Of a stretch of 64,000 nt of DNA, positions 55,767 through 64,000 are shown in pieces. Position numbers and translations under genes: made by a program. Each line of letters starts with the position of its first letter. Position 1 is the first letter of the stretch. The stretch lies in NCBI GenBank assembly GCA_001724265.1, contig MEDY01000035.1, positions 1-64,000 on the forward strand. Direction: 5' to 3'. Source of the DNA: Rhizaria sp. SCN 62-66 (Eukaryota). The notes beneath the pieces are model-generated. The model did no database searches, was not told the origin of the DNA, and saw only the letters and a program-made list of their open reading frames with translations.

Positions 55767-57737
55767 ATGTCGGCCTCCCCTCCTTCCTACCCGGCGGACC
55801 TCCCACAGGGCTGGGAGCGCAGCACTGACAAGTGGGGCCGCGAGTTTTACATCGACCACAACACAGGCCGCACCCAGTGGGAGCGTCCCCAGTCCACGGA
55901 GACCGTCGACAAGCCCACCGCGCCTCCCGCCTACCAGGACGTCAGCCAAGCCCCGCCGTACCAAGCGGGCTCCTTCGCGGTCGACCCTTCCCTCGCTGGA
56001 TCCACCGCAAGCTCCGGCAGCGCGCCCCCGCAGCTGCAGCAGTACCCACAGCCCGGTTATCTCCCCGGTCAGCCTCTGCAGCTAAACATCGCCCCCGTCG
56101 CCCCCGTCGCGCCCGGCGGTCCGATCATCCTCCAAGTCGCCGGCGCTGGCATGCTCGCGGTCGGCGACACGGCCTACACCGCCGGGCAAAGTGACCCGTC
56201 GCTGGCCCCCGGCGCTCCCACCGCGCAGCCCCAATCCACGCGCGATACGCTTGCTCCTGGGTACTCGGCGGTGAACGACGCGCTCGAGCCCTTCGCGTTC
56301 GAGCGTCTCGGCTTTCTCTCGGCCTGCGCGCGCGGATTGGAAACGTACCCTATCGCGTGCGCGCTAACGCTGGTGACGCTGCTGCTCTTTGCCGGGTTTG
56401 CTGTGTTGCTGGCCGTCATGCTAAACACGGAGACAGATTATTGGGGCGACCACGATCTGTCGTACCTCCCCGGTATCATCATCTGCGGCATGTTTGGCTT
56501 CATGACGTACATCGTCAACTGCTCGGTGCACTTGGCCGCTGTGCCGTGCTGCGACGGATGCTGCTTCTACAACGGCACCAAGCCTTCGCTGTCCCGCAAC
56601 CGCGCGCGCGCGGCGCCGCAGGCCAACGCGCATAACGCCACTTCCCTCTTCGGCGGCGCTGGAGGCGGTCCCTTCAACGGCGGGTTCGCCATCAACAACG
56701 GCCGCGGGCAGCAGGCAAACCGCACGCCGTGCATGCCGAAGTACCGCGACTGGTTCAACGCGCACATGTCGGAGGCCGGAACGTACCGCGATTTGGAGGA
56801 TTACCTCGATGAGACGCGCACGGCACGCATGACCCTGAGTGCGCGTGTGCGCTGCTTTGCGTCGGAGCAGGGCCCCATGATGTCGTGGGCGCGCATCAAC
56901 GTCACCTACATGTCCGTCAGATGATAACTCTCATTTTCTCGCGATTTTATTTCAGCTGTTTAGATTGTTTTGATTCTTTGATTCTTGTTCTCATTTGCTT
57001 GATTGTGCTAATATTTCCGTTGTTTTCTTGTTTTTCTTGTAGTGCTGAGACCCCGCTGACGATCGCGTCGGCGCGCGACACCACGATTTCGTCCGAAGAT
57101 CTCCGCACGTGGCTGCGCGAGCAGGCCCGTGGTGACACGTTCCTGGCTACTCTTGACCACACATTCGACGCGACGCCGCAGAGTCGCGATGTGCTCAATG
57201 CGGTGTGCACGCATTACCAGGGCGTTATGGCGTCGGTTGCGACCTCGTCTAGCGCGTGGATCGAGTTCGAGCCCCTGGTCGCGCCCGTCAAGGGCACGTT
57301 TATCGTCAGTGAGGTGCGTTTCTGGAGGAACAGCTCTTCGTGCTATCTTACAATGTGCTGTAAACTTCGTGTTTTCTCATTTGAAGCGATATATTGATTA
57401 TTTTTAAAGTGAACTGTATGGGTCAAGACTATTTTAAGGCGTTTATGTTGGATAATCTTACTCACAATGCGATCTTTGCGACTTGGTTGTTTTCTTTGCT
57501 ATCATTGCTTTTGCACCGTGACAGAACTCGGGCGGTTCATTTTACGTCTCGTGCATGCGCTCATGCTGGTGCCCGACGTTCGCGGTCATGTTCTGCTGTG
57601 TGCCGTGCTACGCCGGTTTGTGGCACTGGGTGCCGCGCGTCCGTGTGGGCTCACGCAAGCTTATCAATGTCGCACCTCCGATCCTTGAGTCGGACCCCAG
57701 CCGTCTCCGCATCATTGGCCGCATGCAGGTCGCGTGA
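55767..57737 (+). CDS. WW domain + TMEM151-like membrane protein, 3 exons (paralogue of 1075-2682)
   Basis: WW LPQGWERSTDKWGREFYIDHNTGRTQWERP, PPSY/PPAY motifs, two TM helices. Exons 55767-56911, 57043-57313, 57525-57737; introns GTCCGT..TAG (56912-57042) and GTGCGT..CAG (57314-57524). Stop TGA. Confidence 0.75.
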
Positions 57738-58407
57738 ACACAGCGCAATACCTCACTTTATCAACCTCGCGCGACATGGTCCGCTTTCTGGGCCCGTTCT
57801 TAGCTTACAGCACGAGATACGCCGTCCGGAACGCTGCGTTTGACGCCGCTTCGCGGGGGCAGGAACTCTTGTGACACGTGAGGAACCAGCCGTCAGAAAT
57901 GGAACAATAGTATGATCTATAGCATGTTTTTGCGACAACGAGCCAGCGAGATAGTTTTAAACTTGCTTAAATAAAGTTGTTTGTGTTTATCCAGCCCTCG
58001 GGAGGCTCATTTGACACGCAGCTGCCTTGTTCTCTGCTTCTCACCACAAACGATGCGAGTTTAGACCCATGAAGGCGGTCGAAGAGTCGGACATTCTCTG
58101 AGAGGCTCGAACGCTGGTTCTGAATCCGTCGTGCCGCTTGCGGGCGCATCAGCTGCATGGTATACACGAGTATAATCTAATTTTTAATTTCATATTGCGC
58201 GAGTCGCACATCTACTCTGTTCCCGGAGGGTGCAATCAAGGCACCCGCGCCCTGCCAAATGCAACTTCACAAGGCTTCTTCAAAATGAGTACCACACAAT
58301 TGTTTTGCATCCTATGCGAAAGATGCAACAACAGCACACTAGAAAGGCGTCTTATCTTACCATTAACTTTCTTTTATTTTCATTACACTTGCCCTTTTCT
58401 CTCCAGC

Positions 58408-58683
58408 ATGTCTGCTGAGCGCACTCCGCTCTCGCCGTCGTCAGGCTCCTCGCAGGCCGCACGACTCGCGCTCGGAGCCCCTGTGTCTGCAGCAGACTCT
58501 TCCTCCGCCGGCCCGACGCCATACGCGGGCATGCCGCTGGACAGAGCGCCGCAGCTCGCCATGTCTCTCGACGACGACGTCTCGATGACATCTCCGCCGC
58601 CCTCGCTGGCGATGTTGTCACCACCGAGCACGCTGCAGCGTACACGCACCTTCACAAGCCCGCCATCGTCTTCCTACGCACAT

Positions 58684-58738
<55 letters not shown>

Positions 58739-61700
58739 CGCCCACGCCCGCAGGCCAGGGCTTTTCCACACAGACCTCGCTATCGACGGGCATCCCTATG
58801 CTTTCCCGAGCTTTATCACACGTGTCACTGACTTCACCGCCCGCGGCGCGCCGCCACAACTCCATCGACATGACGACCTCCGGTTTAGCTCCGGGCGGCT
58901 CTGCGCTGTCTAACGGCGGCGGTAGCAGCGGCAGCGGCGGCGCAGACCGCCCCTCGCCGATGTTCCCTCCCGCGGACCCTTTCGCGATGCCCTCCGGTTT
59001 CTCAGTCACGCCACTCGTGCCACACAGCCACGGCGCACTCGCCGCCGCCGCCAGCATCGCCGCCGCAGCTGTGGTCGGCGCGACGGGCGGGAACGCACCC
59101 GCCACGCCGGCGCCGCGCGCGCAGCAGGGCCGGACAGCGGGTCTCCCCACGCCTGCACACGCGGCGCCCTCGCACTCACATTCGTCATCTTCAGCATCAC
59201 ACACTGCGCCGCACACAGCAGCAGCGCATGCTGCGGCGTCAACTCCGTCCTCTGGCTCCGGCTCCGGCTCTACAGCTGTGGGCTTAAGCACTGGCGCGGG
59301 CGCAAACACCGCTGACCCCGGAGCTACTGCTACTGCTGCTGGTGGTGGTGGTGGTGGTGGACTGCATGCGTCGCCGCCCTCTGGCGCTGCTCCTGGTCAG
59401 CAGAACGCTCACGGTCGCAGTCACGGTTATGGCCACCATCACGGCCGTGCGCGGTCGCGCTCTCGGTCACCGTACTCCCCTCAACAGGCTCAGACAGCGC
59501 AGGCGCAGACGCAGATGCAGTTGCAGCAGCAGAGCGGCGCGGGACTGGGGCTCGCCAGCTCAGGCTCAGACTCAGCCGCCGCGTCCCCCATCGACCTCGC
59601 GTCCTCCGCCGCGGCAACAGACGCTGCGACTAGGGGAGCACCTGCTGCGCGAGCGCGCGTGCGTTCCCGTGCGAGCGACGTGTTCACCAACTCGACCGAC
59701 GCGGACACAGAATACACCGCCGACGCCGACGCTGACGCCGCTACCACGGCCACCACGGATGCGTTCACCGACGCTGACCTCACCTTGACCGGCGACGCTG
59801 CCGCCGCCGGCTGTGACGCCGACGCGCCTGTCGCAGTTGGCGAGCTGGTGTCCACACTCGCACTGTGGCCCGCGCTGTCTCAGCACGGCGGCTTCACCGT
59901 CGAGCACTCGGAACGCGATGACCTGGTGCTGCGTCTCGCGGCGCTGCAGGACCGCGTTCCTGCGTGCGCGCGACTTGAAACGGCGCTGTCGATCCTCGCC
60001 ACGTCGCGCCCGTCGTTGCCGGCGCTGCGGAAGGCGCTGGCGCACTTTGCGGCCGCGAGCGAGGCTTTCCGCGCGATGCAGCCGCGAGAGGACCCCATGG
60101 GGGTGGCCACGCGCTCTGGCGCGAAGCTGCCGAAGCCTGACAGCGCCGCGACCACTATTGCGGGGCAGCAGCCGTCCTCGGCGACTGTGAGCCCTGTGCC
60201 CGGTGCTGCGACGAGTTTGGCGACCGACACCCCCCCGTCCGCGTCTGTGTCTGCATCCGCGTCTGCGTCCGCGCCAGTCATCAGTGTTTTCACAGGCTAT
60301 AGCGCTGCCGGCACTGCTTCCGCTGGCAAGGCGGCGCTGGCCGCGGGCTCCCCCGGTCAATCCCCTGCCACGGTTGACGGCACAGGCTCTGCTGCGGCAC
60401 ACGTGCCGGCGGCGGTGCCCACGGCGCGCGCGCGGCGGCTGGTGTGCCGTGAGGCCCGGTCTGGCGTGGGTATCGACATCTTTGAGGAGAGTGAAAGCCC
60501 TAGCAGCGATATCGATCACCACGACGACGACGATGACGAGTACGGCGATGCCGACAACTGCGACAGGGAGCTGTACTCGAACTACGGGTACCCCGAGCAT
60601 CGAGACGACGACACCTCCGGTGACGACAACGGTGAAAGCACGACTCTACTCTACGGTGCACACTCCCCGCTGCCGCTGCCCGCGCTGCCCACGTTGCCCG
60701 ACGCAGTCGCCACCGTGCTCGGCGACAGCGCCGGACCGGCCACTCCCCACGCCGGCACGCCCACCAACGCCACAGCGCCAGCGCACAGCAGCGGCGGCGG
60801 CGGCGGCGGCGTGGGCGGCATTGGCATGCCGCCGGTGTCGCCGCCGCGCCGCAGCCGCGGGCCCGCCCCCAGTGCCTCTTCCGGCGTCAGTCAAACGCAA
60901 CCACCGCGCTCTGGCTTACTACGGGGCAGCAGTAGCGGCGGCAGCAGCGGCGGCGGCGGCGCGGGGAGTGGGTCATGTCCGCCGTCCCCGGGGCCGGCCC
61001 CGCTGGCAGCGCCGTCGCTGGCGACTCCGTCGCTCAGCGCTGTGGCCACAGGCAGCGGTGCACTGAGCAGCTCGCGCGGGCGGCAGCAAGAGCGGCTGCG
61101 GCGGCGGCAGCGGCGCGAGCGCGGGTCCAACGACGCTGACGTCGACGGACTCACAGCCGAGGGCTCGGGCGCTGAGAGCGACTCCCACGGCGACCGCGGC
61201 CACGGTCACAGCCGCAACCGCGACCGCGATCATGACAATGACCACACTGACCTGGAGGCCTCTGTAGCGCGCTACGGCGCTGGCCCTGGCGCTGCCGACG
61301 GCGCTGGTGGCGACGCGCTTGCGCAGGGCGATAAAGACGCGTTGTTCGCCGCGCCGGAGCCGCAACCGACGCTGTGGCAGCGCGCCGTGCGCTTGCCCGC
61401 TGCGCCGCTGCGCGCACTCGCCAAGCGCGCGAAACGCCTGTGGACGCCCGCCGAGACCGCGGCCGCTGCAGCGAGCGCGGACGCCGACGGCGACAACACG
61501 GACGGCGGCGACGCCACCGATACCGGACGCGGCGCCGGCGCCGGCGCCGGCAGCGGGAGCAGCAGCGGTGATGTGACTTCGGGCGGAGGCGGCGGCGCGG
61601 GGTCGCTGCGTGCTAGGCAGACTGCACTGGCGGCCGCTGAGGGCCCGGAGCCTCGCACTGGAACACGCCCTCTCTCTGGCACCGGTGCTGCTGCTGGTGC

Positions 61701-64000
61701 GGCGCCGCCGTCGCCTGCGTTGAGAGCGGCGACGCGGTCCACCGCCGCGTCAAGCTCCAGCGCAGCTGCTGCGGCGAACGCGGCGGCGCGTGCGAGCGCG
61801 GCGGCGGCGCGCGCCACTGCCGCGGCGGCGCGGGCGCGCGCGGTGTGGCCTGTGCATGACATGACGCCGCGGCTGTGGCGGCGCTGTTGCGCGGCGTTCG
61901 CGGTCTCCGCGCTGCAGTTCTTGCTCAAAACGCTGTTTTCGGTGATGTTGGTGGAGTTGCGCGCGCTGCGCGAGTGTAGGCAGTTCTGGAAGGCGCGGAT
62001 GTCGCCGTCGGGGCTCGCGCGCTGGCGGCAGCTGTACGCAAACGCGCGGTCGCATGTGGTGACGCTGGGCCGTGTCGAGGCCGAGATGGTGCGTGATGTC
62101 GGCCGCTTGCACGCGCAGATCTTCTATCTCTCGTGTATCACGTGCTTTGGAGGCGCGCCCTTTGCAGATGGCGCACCGATCCCCGCAAGCGCGTGGTTTC
62201 CTGCCCCACCGACGCCGCCCACTCACGCGCATCCACATTCAAGCGTGCACGGGCACGGCCACGCGCTGTCGCCTGTCGATAGCGGTGACCATGCTGCTGC
62301 GTCTACCGCCACAATCACGCCGTCGCCGGTGCCGAGCGCGGCCGCGACCGTTGCGACGCTGCAGCCGCCGCAGATGGCGCGTCTGTCGTCGCTGAGCGCG
62401 CAGATGGGGCTCGGTCAGGGCGCTGCCACGCCGTTTTCCACCGGCGCGCGCGGCCCCGCTGCCACGGCGGCCGCGCTCTCTGCACAGGCGGCCGCGTACG
62501 CTCTCCCACCGGCCGCTTACACCGCGGCTGTCGCGGCCAACGCACCCCCCGTACTCGGCGACGACTCGGCGTCGTCCGGCGTTCTGACGATGCATAAATT
62601 AGGAGCGAACGCTGCGACACCGGTGCCCGCGGACGCGACGTTCGAGACTTTGGGCCGCATGACCCCGCTGCAGCAGTACGTCTTTGCTGCCGCGCGCGCT
62701 GTCAACGCGGACGCGCCGCCACCGTCGCCCATGGCTGCCGCGGCCGCGGGCGTGCTGACGGCGGACTCGGCGCTCGTGGAGCTGGTCCGTTTCTCGCGCG
62801 GCATGGCGCGCTGGCTGTCGTTCACTCCGCAACAGCAGACCGCGTTATTGGCCGTTGCGCACGTGCAGGGCGAAGCCGAGCGCGCTCCGGAGGCGTCGCT
62901 GATGGCGCATCCGGCCGACGTCGCCGCTGCGGCGGAGGCGGCGGCCGCGGCGCAGCGTGAGGGCGAGGAAGCGGCCCGCGCTGTGGGGATCCAGTCGCGC
63001 GAGGACGTGACGCCGGAGTTCCTTGTGGAGCTTGTGGCGTCATTCGCGGACTTGGTGCCGAAGCATGAGGCGTGGTTCCAGCGCCGCGTCGCTCTCTACG
63101 CGCCGCCGTCGCACTGGCGTCGTAACTGGATGGCGTACTTGGCTATCGCGGCGACGGGGCTCGGTGTCGGCCTGTGGGCGCACAGTAACCAGGATCGCGT
63201 TGCTGAAGCGACAGCGAGTATGGTGCTGTCGGCGAAGCATTTCTTCTACGAGCACATCCAGGAGCCGATTGAGAATATTACCAAGAAGGTTTTCTCCGCG
63301 TTCTTCAACGACCGTGTGGAGCGCCAGTCTGAGCTGCCCACAGCGGCCACGATCGCCGAGTCCCGCCGTGACCTGCGCCAGATGCTGCTTGATTTCGGGC
63401 GCGATTTCGCGTCGGATATCGCTGAAGCGGAGAAGACGAGCAAGGCAGCGTTTCTCCAGTCGCTGCCGGACCGTGCGGCGCGGGTCGACATGTCTGTCGT
63501 GATGAGCAAGTACACGACTGATATCCAGAAGCCGCTGTCGAACATCACCTCGGGCTCGCTCGTGCGCGGTCTATTGATCCAGGTCCAGAAGGTCAAGGCT
63601 GACGGCGAAGAGGCTATGCTCGACATGGACCAGATTATCGAGCAGAATGAGATCAACTTCAACATGCTTGCCACGATCCCGGCCATCCTCGTCGCCGGCG
63701 GCACGCTACTTGCTGTGAAGCGCGCCACGCAGTCGCTCTGGCGCCGCGCCCCCGCGCCCAAGGTGCTGCTTTTCGAGATGCGCCTTGTGCTCAGCAAGAT
63801 TGAGATGCTGCTCATCGACGTTGCCGCGCCATCCCCCACGCGTGCGACGGGGATGTACACCGAACCGCCCTTCCCACGCCCCGCGCCGCCGGTGCAAACC
63901 GCGGCCGCAGCGGCCGCGGCACAGCTGTCGCGCGCGATGCCTGCGGTGTTGCTGCACCCTCGCGGTCACATGCCTGCGCCCGACGCCGTGCTGCGGGACG
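58408..64000 (+). CDS. NCA2: NCA2/DGS1-like mitochondrial membrane protein with very long N-terminal extension (3' end beyond the window)
   Basis: Frame open from ATG 58408 to the window edge (so absent from the ORF track). From ~63120: RNWMAYL..FFYEHIQEPI..ESRRDLRQMLLDF..VMSKYTTDIQKPLSNITSGSLVRGLLIQVQKVKAD.E.AM..MDQIIEQNEINFNMLATIP, the NCA2 signature. Confidence 0.85.
58684..58734 (+). repeat. (CAG)15-CAA-CAG repeat encoding 17 Gln in the NCA2-like gene
   Basis: Read directly, in frame. Confidence 0.92.

Noticed and set aside
57967-58167. 66-aa minus-strand ORF
   Set aside because: No motifs, intergenic composition.
1-64000. tRNA (especially tRNA-CUA), rRNA, CRISPR array or transposase genes
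   Set aside because: None recognisable by eye; a covariance-model search is needed to exclude small RNAs.

Overview
Eukaryotic (protist-like) nuclear DNA. GC-rich, mostly intron-poor genes with very long Ala/Ser/Gly-rich insertions alternate between strands and are separated by short AT-rich spacers. I can support 17 genes that end in the window plus one 3'-truncated gene: WW/TMEM151-like (two paralogues), MED31, M6PR/ATG27-like, a bacterial-type class-III (lysine 6-) aminotransferase, RAB3GAP2-like, an RlmL/THUMP-like methyltransferase, LAMTOR3, casein kinase 1, queuosine salvage QNG1-like, a cNMP-binding protein, IQCA1/DRC11, a DENN protein, SSU72, a CRIB-RhoGAP, MCM10, a degenerate Nudix-like protein and NCA2-like. 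Main result: the window points to a non-standard nuclear genetic code in which UAG is a sense codon (most likely Gln) while UAA and UGA stay stops. Eight in-frame TAGs interrupt four genes, including MCM10 and RAB3GAP2 whose domain architecture is complete only if TAG is read through. All 17 gene ends are TAA (7) or TGA (10), never TAG. Second result: most start codons have a pyrimidine tract plus AG splice acceptor 0-15 nt upstream, as expected for spliced-leader trans-splicing or near-universal 5'UTR introns. All family assignments are from remembered motifs, not database searches.
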